The notes under the pieces: model-generated
Databases searched by the model: none
Seen by the model: only the letters and a program-made list of their open reading frames with translations
What the model was told of the DNA's origin: nothing
NCBI GenBank assembly: GCA_016872675.1
Contig: VGZG01000007.1
Coordinates: forward strand, 2,433-66,432
Source: Planctomycetota bacterium
Lineage (GTDB): Bacteria > Planctomycetota > UBA1135 > UBA2386
Direction: 5' to 3'
DNA: 64,000 nt
Made by a program: the position numbers and the translations under genes
Shown: positions 1-11,665 of the stretch, piece by piece
How positions within the stretch are numbered: the stretch's first letter is position 1
Layout: every line of letters starts with the position of its first letter

Positions 1-5
1 CCGTC

Positions 6-428
6 GTGAGCCGCCCGCAGCCGATCGAATCGCTGCTGTGTGTGACGGCGACGCCGGCGAGGGCGAAGGCGCTGCTGGCGACGCTGATGGCCGCTGGCGT
101 CCCGGCCCGCACCGACGGCGAGGCGCTGGCCGACGAGTACGCCGCGAGCATGCGGTTGTTGAACCTGCTGGGCACCAAGGTCTATGTGCCGACGGCGAGC
201 CTGGCGCTGGCGCGCACGATCACGCAGCCGCAGGCGGTCGACGACGACGAGTTGACGCGTCTGGCGCTGGCTGCTGACGATCCGGAGACGCCGCCCGACG
301 GCGGCAGCGAGTCGATGCGGCTCGCGGTCGTCTCGCCGAGGACAGGCAGCCGCTGGCTGTTGGCGTTGGTCTACGTCCTGCCCGTGTTGGCGGCGGCGAT
401 TGCCGCCGCGGTCACTTCTTCGGCGTGA
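6..428 (+). CDS. DUF2007-like (putative signal-transducing) small membrane protein
   Basis: Pattern 'AKALLATLMAAGVPA...GTKVYVP...LARTI' resembles DUF2007; C-terminal hydrophobic helix; may extend past the window edge. Confidence 0.5.
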   Translation: MSRPQPIESLLCVTATPARAKALLATLMAAGVPARTDGEALADEYAASMRLLNLLGTKVYVPTASLALARTITQPQAVDDDELTRLALAADDPETPPDGGSESMRLAVVSPRTGSRWLLALVYVLPVLAAAIAAAVTSSA

Positions 429-1056
429 ACGTCGGCCGGAATGGCGCGGCCGGCTTCTTGCGCGCTTCGCTGATCGCCGCGTCGCCGGCGTCGAAGATGC
501 TCATCCACTCCGCGTCGCCGGCCTTGCCCAAGCCGCCGGCCGGCGGCGCGGACGCGCGCTTCTTGGCTTCCTCTTCGCGGCGGTGCGAATCGAGCTCTTG
601 CCACTCCCTGTAGTCATTGAACAGGTCGCCGAGGACCTTCTTGTTCTCGGAGATCAGGCCGACGTAGGGGAACAGCTCGCAACCGTTCTCCTTCTGGATG
701 CGCTGCAGCTCGTCGAAGGTGAGCATGACCGGCATCGCCACGCAGACGATGTCGCCGAAGACGTCGAGCGGCACCAGCGTGTGCTTGAACAGCAGCTCCT
801 TCGGCAGGCGCTTCTTGGCTTCTTCGTCGATGGCGTAGTTACCAGCCATCAGGAACGGCAGGTTGAAGTGCTCGGTGACGATCTTGGCCAGGTCCCACTC
901 GGTGATGTGGCCGCCGGCGACCAACGCCTGCACGAACTGCTCGCCGGCGCGGTCCTGCGCGCACAAGGCCTCGGTGATGACATCGCTGGCGACGGCGCCG
1001 CGCTCCGTGAGGATCTCCGCCAGGCGGACCGATGTGATCTTCTCGATGCCCTTCAC
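412..1056 (-). CDS. Stand-alone GspE/PilB N-terminal (MshEN-like, T2SSE_N) domain protein
   Basis: 'RLAEILTERGAVASDVITEALCAQ' resembles the MshEN motif RLGxxLxxxGxxxxxxLxxxLxxQ, followed by T2SSE_N-like 'LPKELLFKHTLVPL'; no ATPase motifs. Confidence 0.65.
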   Translation of the reverse strand: MKGIEKITSVRLAEILTERGAVASDVITEALCAQDRAGEQFVQALVAGGHITEWDLAKIVTEHFNLPFLMAGNYAIDEEAKKRLPKELLFKHTLVPLDVFGDIVCVAMPVMLTFDELQRIQKENGCELFPYVGLISENKKVLGDLFNDYREWQELDSHRREEEAKKRASAPPAGGLGKAGDAEWMSIFDAGDAAISEARKKPAAPFRPTFTPKK

Positions 1057-1119
1057 CTGCGGAGCATCGGCCGGCGCGACGGTCGGCCTTTAGGCTGCGT
1101 TGCCGGTGCCGTGGACGAT

Positions 1120-2622
1120 TCAGCTGTACTCGGCGAACGTCGCGACGGCATGGGCGGTGAGCACGATCGCCATGCCCGCGACGATGGCCCGGTCAACCGC
1201 CAGGCCGACGTCGGCGCTCGAACGCTTGGGGCCGGCGCCAAGGTGCCAACAGGCGACTGCAACCAGGAAACCAGATAGCGCCGCCTTGCCCAATACGACG
1301 GCGGCATCGCGGCCGGTGATGGCGGCAAACCAGGCGTGCACGAAACCGCCGGCTGGGGTGCCTGACGCGGCGGCAGCGGCGAGGAGTCCGGCAAAGGTCG
1401 CAGCGACACAGGCAACCACGGTGAGCACGGGCATGCCGACCGCCATGCTCCAGACCAGCGGCGTCAGCAGTAGATTGGCGGGCTGCGCCCCCATCATCTG
1501 TAGCGCCGCGATCTGGTTGGTGCGCTTCATCGCGCCCAGCCGCGCCGCCGCCCCGGCAACGACACGGGCGCAGAAGAAGAAGCCGGCGAGCAGCGGCACG
1601 AGCACGGCGAGTGCGACCTTGCCGGTGCCGGTCAGCAGCGCCGACTCCATGCCGCCGTGCAGCGGGTTGTTCTTCAGCGCGAAGAATGTTGCCAGGCCGC
1701 CGAGCACGCCGCCGCCGAGAGCCACGAACGGCGCTGGCTCGACGCAGGCGCGCCAAGTTGCCCGCGCGACCTCGCCGAGTTCGAGCGGTGGCAACCGGCG
1801 GATGGCTTCGAGCAGCGACTCGCTGAACGCAGCGGCTTGTGACAGCAGCGTGCGCAGGCCGTGCAGCGTCTCCGAAGCCTCGCTGGCGCCGGCGCCCGGC
1901 GGTGGCGCAGTGTCGGCTGACGTCGGTTCGTAGCCGGGGCCTTCGAGCCGCAGCGTGCGGCGCGCGCGGTCGAGCACCAGCGCGCCGTCGAGTCTGCCGG
2001 CGAACGCCGGTAGGTCGTGCGTGATGACGAGCGTGGTGCGGCGCGGATCTTGGTCATGCGCATCGCGCAGCAGCGCAGCGATGGCGCGCGCGCCGGACGG
2101 ATCGAGGCCGGCTGTCGGCTCGTCGCACAGCAACAGCCGCGGCGACGACGCCAGCGCGCGCGCGACCGCGAGGCGCTTGCGCATGCCGCCGGAAAGCCGC
2201 GCGATTTCGTCGGGCGCGTGTTCGAGGCCAACCTGCGCTAGCAGGCCAGCAGCCAGAAGCGGCGAGCGGTCGGCTAGCCGCAGCGCCAGCTCGACGTTGG
2301 CGCGCGGTGAACGTTCGTCGAGCAGGCCTTCGTCCTGCAGAATCGCCGCGACGTCGCCTCGTAAAGCCGGCGGGAAGCCGGCCGCGAACGACTGGCCGAG
2401 CACGACGAGGTCGCCGTCGACACGCGGCGCGGCTTCGCGCGGCTCGACGAGGCCGGCGAGCAGGCGCAGCACCGACGACTTGCCGCCGCCGGACGCGCCG
2501 ACGAAGGCGTAGAAGCCGTGCGCTGGCAGCGCGAGGTCGACGCCGTGCAGCAGCATCTCCTCGCAACCGGCGCGCCGGTGCGCGAGGCCGAAGCTAGCGA
2601 AGGTGATCGCCGCGTCGGTCAC
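1120..2622 (-). CDS. Fused ABC ATPase (MlaF-like) and MlaE-family permease
   Basis: Walker A GASGGGKS, signature LSGGMRKR, Walker B LLLCDEPTAGLDP, H-loop ITHD; C-half has MlaE-like 'AARLGAMKRTNQIAALQMMG' and 'SSADVGLAVDRAIV'. Confidence 0.8.
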   Translation of the reverse strand: MTDAAITFASFGLAHRRAGCEEMLLHGVDLALPAHGFYAFVGASGGGKSSVLRLLAGLVEPREAAPRVDGDLVVLGQSFAAGFPPALRGDVAAILQDEGLLDERSPRANVELALRLADRSPLLAAGLLAQVGLEHAPDEIARLSGGMRKRLAVARALASSPRLLLCDEPTAGLDPSGARAIAALLRDAHDQDPRRTTLVITHDLPAFAGRLDGALVLDRARRTLRLEGPGYEPTSADTAPPPGAGASEASETLHGLRTLLSQAAAFSESLLEAIRRLPPLELGEVARATWRACVEPAPFVALGGGVLGGLATFFALKNNPLHGGMESALLTGTGKVALAVLVPLLAGFFFCARVVAGAAARLGAMKRTNQIAALQMMGAQPANLLLTPLVWSMAVGMPVLTVVACVAATFAGLLAAAAASGTPAGGFVHAWFAAITGRDAAVVLGKAALSGFLVAVACWHLGAGPKRSSADVGLAVDRAIVAGMAIVLTAHAVATFAEYS

Positions 2623-4118
2623 AGGCCTTGCGGCCGCAGTTCGGCCGGGACGCGATGCAGCCAGACGACGTTGACGAGCGACGCCGCGCCATCGGTGACG
2701 GCAGCACGGTCGGCGGCGACGACGACGGCGCGCGCCTTGCCGTCGCCGATGAACACGGCGCCGAGTGCTTCGGGCTGCAACGCCGTGTTGCCGATCGCGA
2801 CCGGGGCGAGCGGCGTGCCGTCCGGGCCGACGCGGCGCACGATGCCGGGCGCCTGGGGCGAGACGAGGTCGTCGGCGAAGGCCAGCCGATCCGCCGCCGT
2901 GCCGACGAGGTCCGGCGGCGCGCCGTCGAGCACCAGCGCGGCGAGGTCGCTGGCGTCGGGGTCGACCCAGACGCGGCCAGCGCGCAGCACGGCGCCGCCC
3001 GGCAGCACGACCTTGATCTGCTCGTCGGCGATCTCGGGCTCACCATAGCCATCCGGCTCGGTGTAGCTGGCGTCGACGAGGCTGCGCGCGGTGATCACCA
3101 CGGCGCGACCGCTGCGGTCGACGTACAGCAGGCCGCTGCCCGCGCGGCGGATGTCGTCGTCGGGCGAGAACGTGTCCTTCTCGACTGCCGCGTAGACGAC
3201 GCGCACGACGACGACGCCGTCGTTGCCGGTCGCTGGCTTCGCCACAGCCGGCGCGCTCTTCACGGCGCTGGCCGGCACCGGCGCAAGCTCGAAGTCCGGG
3301 CGGTTGGCCGCCGCGGCGGCGCGATGGCCGTCCGGGACCAGCACGCCAGCTCCCGGCTCGACGTGGTAGCCAACGAACGGCGACAGCAGCGAAGCCGCGT
3401 CCTGCACGGTGAAGCCCGACAGCAGGGCGCCGCTGAGCTGCGGCCGCGCGATCCAGAACACCGCCTTGTCGGTGACCGTGGCGCGGTGCTCGCGCGCGAT
3501 GCGCAGCGCGACTTCGACATGGCTGCCGTCGGCGGCGAGCGCCACGCTGCGCACGTCGCCGGTGGCGACCCCGCGGTGCACGACCGGCGAGCCCGGGCGC
3601 AGGCCGTGGTTCTCGGGCACGAGCAGGGTCATCAGCAGGTCGCCGTGGCTCGCCGGCTCGAGGCTCTCGGAGTCGGTGGGCGGACGTTCGCGGCCGGTGA
3701 TCAAGCTGCCCGGCGGCAGCGGTGAGCCGCGCGGGCTCGGCGTGGCGAACGCGACGTAGGCGTCGCGCACCAGCGTGTCGAGGCCCGACAGGCCGTCGGC
3801 GAGGCCGCCAAAGCGCGGCGTGACGATCCAGAAGGCGCTGCCGACGCACGCGTGCGCGGCGGCGGCCGGCTCGATCAGGACTTGAACGACTGCCTTGTCG
3901 CCGTCGGGCGAGAGCGCGACCGCGCGCACGACGCCGACGGCGACGCCGCGATGGCGCACGATGGCGCCGGGGCGCAGGCCGCGGGCCTCGCGGAACTCGA
4001 CCTGCAACGCCACGCCGGGTTGTTCATCGAGGTTGCGAAGCGCGCGCTGCAGCCAAAGGCCGCCGAGCGCGGCGGCGAGCAGCGTCAGCAGACCGAGAAG
4101 GTAGCGGAGGCGGTGCAT
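2619..4118 (-). CDS. MlaD/PqiB-family protein with two MCE domains and a C-terminal trypsin-like domain
   Basis: N-terminal TM helix; two MCE motifs 'GLRPGAIVRHRGVAVGVV' and 'GLRPGSPVVHRGVATGDV', each followed by FWI; start re-called at ATG 4118; stop overlaps the next GTG. Confidence 0.8.
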   Translation of the reverse strand: MHRLRYLLGLLTLLAAALGGLWLQRALRNLDEQPGVALQVEFREARGLRPGAIVRHRGVAVGVVRAVALSPDGDKAVVQVLIEPAAAAHACVGSAFWIVTPRFGGLADGLSGLDTLVRDAYVAFATPSPRGSPLPPGSLITGRERPPTDSESLEPASHGDLLMTLLVPENHGLRPGSPVVHRGVATGDVRSVALAADGSHVEVALRIAREHRATVTDKAVFWIARPQLSGALLSGFTVQDAASLLSPFVGYHVEPGAGVLVPDGHRAAAAANRPDFELAPVPASAVKSAPAVAKPATGNDGVVVVRVVYAAVEKDTFSPDDDIRRAGSGLLYVDRSGRAVVITARSLVDASYTEPDGYGEPEIADEQIKVVLPGGAVLRAGRVWVDPDASDLAALVLDGAPPDLVGTAADRLAFADDLVSPQAPGIVRRVGPDGTPLAPVAIGNTALQPEALGAVFIGDGKARAVVVAADRAAVTDGAASLVNVVWLHRVPAELRPQGL

Positions 4119-4290
4119 CGTGCGGTCGTCCTCGTGGCCGTCCTTGCGGGCGAGGGCGTCCTGGATTCGCGGAACGACACCAGTTGGTGCCGTTCGCCCG
4201 CGTTGGCGATGCAGTAGGGTCGCTCGTTTCGTCGCTTCGTTGCCACGGGCAGGAGGTAGCGCCTCGCCCCGTATCGTCGCCAACCAATCG

Positions 4291-7045
<2,755 letters not shown>

Positions 7046-7059
7046 GGTCGGGGATCCGA

Positions 7060-8154
7060 TCAGGCGCCGCTGATTGGCATGACGATGTAGGTGAACGCCT
7101 CGCCGAGCGTGAACTTCGCCGGCATCGAGTCGTCCGACATGTCGAGGCGGATGGTGTCGAGTTGACAAACGCGCAGCGCCTCGAGGATGTAGTCGGGGTT
7201 GAAGTTGATGCTGCCACCAGACCCCTTGACTACGGCGTCGATGGTCACGTCGGCGCGGCCGCGCGATGAGTTGTCAGCGGTCATGCGCAGCGACTGCTCG
7301 CCGATCTCGAACCGCACGACGCGCATGTCCGAGGAGCACAACACCGACGACCGTCGTAGGGCGCCTTCGAGCACCGCCCGCGTAATCTCGACCGTGGTAT
7401 CGGCCGACTTCGGCACGACACCCTCATAGTCAGGGAAGCGCGTCTCCAGCAGTTGGCTGACCAACTGGGCCTTGCCGGTGACGAAGACGATCTGCTTGTC
7501 GCCAACCTCGATGCTCAAAGTCTCCTTGCTGCCTTCGGAGAGGGCGCGGGCCAGGGTATTGAGCGCGCGCAGCGGAACGACCACCTTGCATTCGGCCTTG
7601 GTCGGAACGGTGGCATAGCTGATGGCAAGGCGACGGCCGTCTGTCGCCACCATGCGGACCGTGCCAGCGCTGGCGTCCAGCAGGACGCCGTTGATGGCGT
7701 AGCGGGTCTCCTCGCGAGCGGCGGCGAAGGCGGTCTCCTGGATCATCCGGAGCATCCTGCCGACCTCGATTTCGATTCTCTTGCCACCCTTCACCTTGGC
7801 TTCGTCTGGAAACTGAGCTGGGTCTTCCCCCAGCAGCACGAAGTTGCCGCCACCGCTCTCGATCCGGCAGCGTTGATCGGTGCTCTCCAGGGTGACCGTG
7901 GGGTCGCTGAGTTCACGTAGCAAAGCGCCCGTCTCGCGGGCCGGGAGGAGCACACTGCCCTTCTTGGAGACCTTGACTGAGTCCAGCTCGACGCGAGCGG
8001 CCATCTCGAGGTCTGTCGCGAACAACGTGATGCCGTTGTCGCTCGAGCGCACCAGGAAGTTGTGCAGGATCGGCTTAGTGGTCTTCGCCGGAACAACGGA
8101 GGAAACGACGTTCACGGCTTCCTGCAGCGCCGTGCGGTCACAGAGGATCTTCAT
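7060..8154 (-). CDS. dnaN: DNA polymerase III beta sliding clamp
   Basis: 'ATDLE', 'TRYAINGV', 'VATDGRRL', 'FPDY', 'FNPDY', C-terminal 'YIVMPI'; 364 aa; downstream of dnaA. Confidence 0.96.
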   Translation of the reverse strand: MKILCDRTALQEAVNVVSSVVPAKTTKPILHNFLVRSSDNGITLFATDLEMAARVELDSVKVSKKGSVLLPARETGALLRELSDPTVTLESTDQRCRIESGGGNFVLLGEDPAQFPDEAKVKGGKRIEIEVGRMLRMIQETAFAAAREETRYAINGVLLDASAGTVRMVATDGRRLAISYATVPTKAECKVVVPLRALNTLARALSEGSKETLSIEVGDKQIVFVTGKAQLVSQLLETRFPDYEGVVPKSADTTVEITRAVLEGALRRSSVLCSSDMRVVRFEIGEQSLRMTADNSSRGRADVTIDAVVKGSGGSINFNPDYILEALRVCQLDTIRLDMSDDSMPAKFTLGEAFTYIVMPISGA

Positions 8155-8719
8155 CGTTCGCGTTCGACAGGTCTCAGATCAGGGTTGGCAGCGGCGCGTG
8201 CAGCGGGCTGCGCGACACACGACACAGTGAGGTAGTTAGAGAGAGAAATCTTCTCTCGTCCACCACTCTCCGTGCCGTCACGAGTCGGGAAGGTTAGCGG
8301 TCGAAAGGCCACCAAAAGAGGAGAAATGGCTGTTCCAAGGCGATCTCCAGGTCTGGAAAACCGGCCGAAAAACGACTCGAAAAGCGCTCGCATTTTCGAC
8401 AACCAGAACGGCAGCCGGGACCGCTGCCGCGAACCCACGAACAGTCGTGCACACGGCTCCGCGGAAAGCCCACGGATCGCCCCACGGGAGTACACAGGTC
8501 TTTGGACGCTTGCAGCCGCCGCATCTCGCGGCGCGGCGCGGTGGTGAAACCTATGCGTCAAAAGATCCGGCGCCGGCACAGACGCGGGGACGACCGGCAC
8601 GCCCGACGAGGGCGACGACGCGGCGAGTGCGCGAGCAGCCCAGGACGCGGCCCCCCCAGGCGCAACAGCGGCCCCCAGAAGCGATCCTAGGGCCGCTGGA
8701 CGACTACCCGGGGCGAGTC
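8155..8719. other. Candidate oriC (dnaA-dnaN intergenic region) with degenerate DnaA-box-like motifs
   Basis: 565-bp gap between dnaA and dnaN, visibly more A-rich than flanks; clustered CCACG/CACA cores at about 8431-8496 and TCGTCCACC at 8256-8264; no perfect TTATCCACA. Confidence 0.55.
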
Positions 8720-10219
8720 TCAGGTGCGGAAGGAGCGCGTCAGCAGGCGGTTGCCCAGCCCATCCAACAACTCCTTGAACATACGGTCCTTCTGCGACCT
8801 CTCGCGGATCTTGTTGACCGCGTACAGCACGGTCGTGTGGTCGCGGTTGCCGAAGATGCGACCGACGTCTTCGAGCGAGCTCTCGGTGTGGTCGCGCAGC
8901 AAGAACATCGCGATCTGGCGCGGCAGGCTGACGGTCTGCGTACGGCTCTTGCCGGTCAACTCACGGGCGGTGATGGCGAACTCCGAGGTGATCAAGGTCA
9001 TCACATCATCGACCGACACCTGCGCGTGCCGCGACGGGATGCCACGGACACAGTTCTCGGCTAGCGCCAGCGAGATCGGCTGGTCGGTGATCGCGGCAAT
9101 GCCAACAACCTTGATGACCGCCCCCTCAAGCTCACGGATGTTGGTCGTGACGCGCTCCGCCAGGTAGCGGGCGACGTCCTCGGGCAACTCGACGCCGCGA
9201 CCGGCAGCCTTGCGGCGCACGATCGCAACGCGCGTGTCGAGGCACGGCGCCTCGACCTCGGCGACGAGGCCCCACTTGAAGCGCGACACCAGGCGCTCCT
9301 CGACCGTCGGGATCTCGACGGGTGGGCGGTCGCTGGAGAGCACGATCTGCTTCTGGGCGTCGTACAACGCGTTGAACGTGTGGAAGAACTCTTCCTGCGT
9401 CTTCTCTTTGTTGGCGAGGAACTGCACATCGTCGATCACCAGCATGTCGGCGCTGCGGTAGTAGTCGCGGAACGCGTCGAGCTGGTGCGTCGTGATTGCC
9501 TGGATGAAGGCGTTGGTGAAGTCTTCGCAGCTCATGTAGAGCACGCGGATGGTCGGGTCGCGGCGCAACACCGTGTGGCAGATTGCCTGCAGCACGTGCG
9601 ATTTGCCCAAACCCACGTTGCCGTGGACGAACAGCGGGTTGTACGCGCAGCCCGGGTTCTCGCCGATCGCGAGCGCCGAGGCGTGCGCGAGGCGATTGCA
9701 TGGGCCGACGACGAAGCGATCGAACGTGTAGTTCGGGTTGAGCGTCTGTGTGGTGCGTCGGCCGGCGAAGGCCGGCGCAGCGCTGGCCGAAGCGGCCGAC
9801 GGGACCGATAGAGGGGCCGCGAGCGGAGTCGGCGGCGTGCGCGCGTCGCGGGTGAGCATCAGACGATCAGCCTCATCCGACACCACCACCGGCTGGGCGA
9901 AGCGCAGACTGTCGAAGCCGTCCTCTTCACGGTGCGTCAGCACGACGCGCCGGCGTGGCTCGCCGAGCGAGGCGACCGCATCCTGCAACGCCGACAGGTA
10001 GTTCTTCTGCAGCCAGTCGCGGACGAACTGGCTGGTGACGGAGAGCTCGATCTCCTGGTCGTCGACACGGCGAACGTCGAGCGACCGGAACCAGGTCTCG
10101 AGCTGCTCACGACGGATTCGCGACCCGAGGTGTTGGAGTAGGGCGCGCAACAGAGCCCGCTCGCCACTCGTACTGGTCACGGTTTGCGTTACGGGGTCTG
10201 GGGCAGGGGCATCCACCAT
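8720..10219 (-). CDS. dnaA: Chromosomal replication initiator DnaA
   Basis: 'LNPNYTFDRFVVG', 'YNPLF', Walker A GNVGLGKS, 'IDDVQF', 'QEEFFHTFN', 'NIRELEGA', domain IV 'RDHTTVLYA'; start re-called at ATG 10219. Confidence 0.97.
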   Translation of the reverse strand: MVDAPAPDPVTQTVTSTSGERALLRALLQHLGSRIRREQLETWFRSLDVRRVDDQEIELSVTSQFVRDWLQKNYLSALQDAVASLGEPRRRVVLTHREEDGFDSLRFAQPVVVSDEADRLMLTRDARTPPTPLAAPLSVPSAASASAAPAFAGRRTTQTLNPNYTFDRFVVGPCNRLAHASALAIGENPGCAYNPLFVHGNVGLGKSHVLQAICHTVLRRDPTIRVLYMSCEDFTNAFIQAITTHQLDAFRDYYRSADMLVIDDVQFLANKEKTQEEFFHTFNALYDAQKQIVLSSDRPPVEIPTVEERLVSRFKWGLVAEVEAPCLDTRVAIVRRKAAGRGVELPEDVARYLAERVTTNIRELEGAVIKVVGIAAITDQPISLALAENCVRGIPSRHAQVSVDDVMTLITSEFAITARELTGKSRTQTVSLPRQIAMFLLRDHTESSLEDVGRIFGNRDHTTVLYAVNKIRERSQKDRMFKELLDGLGNRLLTRSFRT

Positions 10220-10549
10220 GGCGGGCGAGAGCAAAAAGTAAGTGTGAGGACCGCACCCGTCGCGAGCGACGAGACAACCGGCCACCGGCCGCGATGGACG
10301 GGGGCGAGACGAGAAGTGCGGGCTGGCTAAGGGGGGAGAGCGGCAGGATTCCGGCTAGGCAACCGGCATGTGCCGTCGACTGACGCCTCGGTTCTTACCG
10401 ACGCCACCCGACCTTGCAAGAGCGCGCGCACAACTTTACTCATGAACTTCACAAACGCCTCGACAGCGCGCCGCAGGGCGTTCCCGCTCACCTGCACAGG
10501 ACAACCACTTCGGCGCGCGCGGCCCCGCGAGCCCGCCCTCCACACGCCG

Positions 10550-11665
10550 TTAGTTTTTTTTCTGTAGCGCCCGCACGACCTCACCAGCCCGTCCACCAGT
10601 TCTGCGCAGGCTCTCCAGATCGTCGCGCCAGCCGAAGCTGAAACGCACACAGGCCCGCGCGTCGGCTTCCGCCAGCCCGAGCGCCGCCAGGATGCGCGGC
10701 GGGGTCGGCGCCCCGGACGAGCAGGCGGAGCCATGCGAGGCCTGCACCCCCGCGAGGTCGAGGGCTGGCACAAGGTTGCGGCCGTCGACGCCGGGGAAAT
10801 ACAGCATCGCCGTGTTGGGCAGGCTCGCCATCGTCGGCGTCAGCAACCGGCTGTCCACGCTGGTCGCCGCCAGGGCGCCGAGGAAGGCGGCGCGTGCCGC
10901 TGTCATGTGTGCCGCCCGCGCCACCTGTTCGCGCACGGCCAACTCGATTGCCAGGGCGTTGGCCGCCGCCAACGCTGGGCTCTGGGTGCCCGGGCGCACA
11001 CCGAGCTCCTGCGCGCCGCCACGCAACAGCGGCTGCAATCGGCGCGCGAGATCTGGTCCCGCCAGAATGCCATGCCCGCGCAGCCCCCCGGCCTTGTGCG
11101 GCGACAGGGCGACGCAGGCGCCGCCGGCGAACAGGTCGTCGAGCGGCAGCCGCCCGAGCGTCTGCGCCGCATCGACGAAGCACGGCACGCCGAGCGCCGC
11201 CGCCAGCGCGATCGCAGCGCCCACCGGTTGGACGGCGCCGAGCTCGCTTTGCGCGTGCACCAACGCGATCAGGCCAACCGGGCGGGCCGGCGGCGCCACC
11301 ATCGCGCGGCCGTCGGGATCGACGGCCCAGGCAACCACGCCGCGCGCTTGCGCTGGCTCGTGCACCGCCGCGTGCTCGGTCGGCGCGAGCGCCACCGGCA
11401 GGCCGAGATCGCCGAGGCCGCGAACGGCGAGGTTGGCAGCCTCGGTGCCACCGCTGGTAAAGACCACGTCTGCAGCCGCGATTCCCAGCGCGGCGGCGAT
11501 GCGCTGGCGCGCCTCTTCGAGCGCGGCCCGGGCGCGGCGGCCGGCGCCGTGGGCGCTCGCCGGGTTGCCAGGGCAGCGACCCTCGACCTCGACGAAACGC
11601 GCGACGACCTCGGGCAAGGCCGGCGCGCCAGCGTTGAAGTCGCAGAACTGCGTCGCCGTGGTCAT
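10550..11665 (-). CDS. Cysteine desulfurase (group I, IscS/NifS-like)
   Basis: 'GNPAS', 'FTSGGTEA', 'DAAQ', PLP lysine 'SPHK', catalytic 'SHGSACSSG', 'VRFSFG'; ATG 11665 overlaps the bshA stop (ATGA). Confidence 0.88.
   Translation of the reverse strand: MTTATQFCDFNAGAPALPEVVARFVEVEGRCPGNPASAHGAGRRARAALEEARQRIAAALGIAAADVVFTSGGTEAANLAVRGLGDLGLPVALAPTEHAAVHEPAQARGVVAWAVDPDGRAMVAPPARPVGLIALVHAQSELGAVQPVGAAIALAAALGVPCFVDAAQTLGRLPLDDLFAGGACVALSPHKAGGLRGHGILAGPDLARRLQPLLRGGAQELGVRPGTQSPALAAANALAIELAVREQVARAAHMTAARAAFLGALAATSVDSRLLTPTMASLPNTAMLYFPGVDGRNLVPALDLAGVQASHGSACSSGAPTPPRILAALGLAEADARACVRFSFGWRDDLESLRRTGGRAGEVVRALQKKN

Noticed and set aside
8151-8690. Short ORFs in the dnaA-dnaN gap
   Set aside because: No family motifs and atypical codon usage; the region is better explained as origin or regulatory DNA
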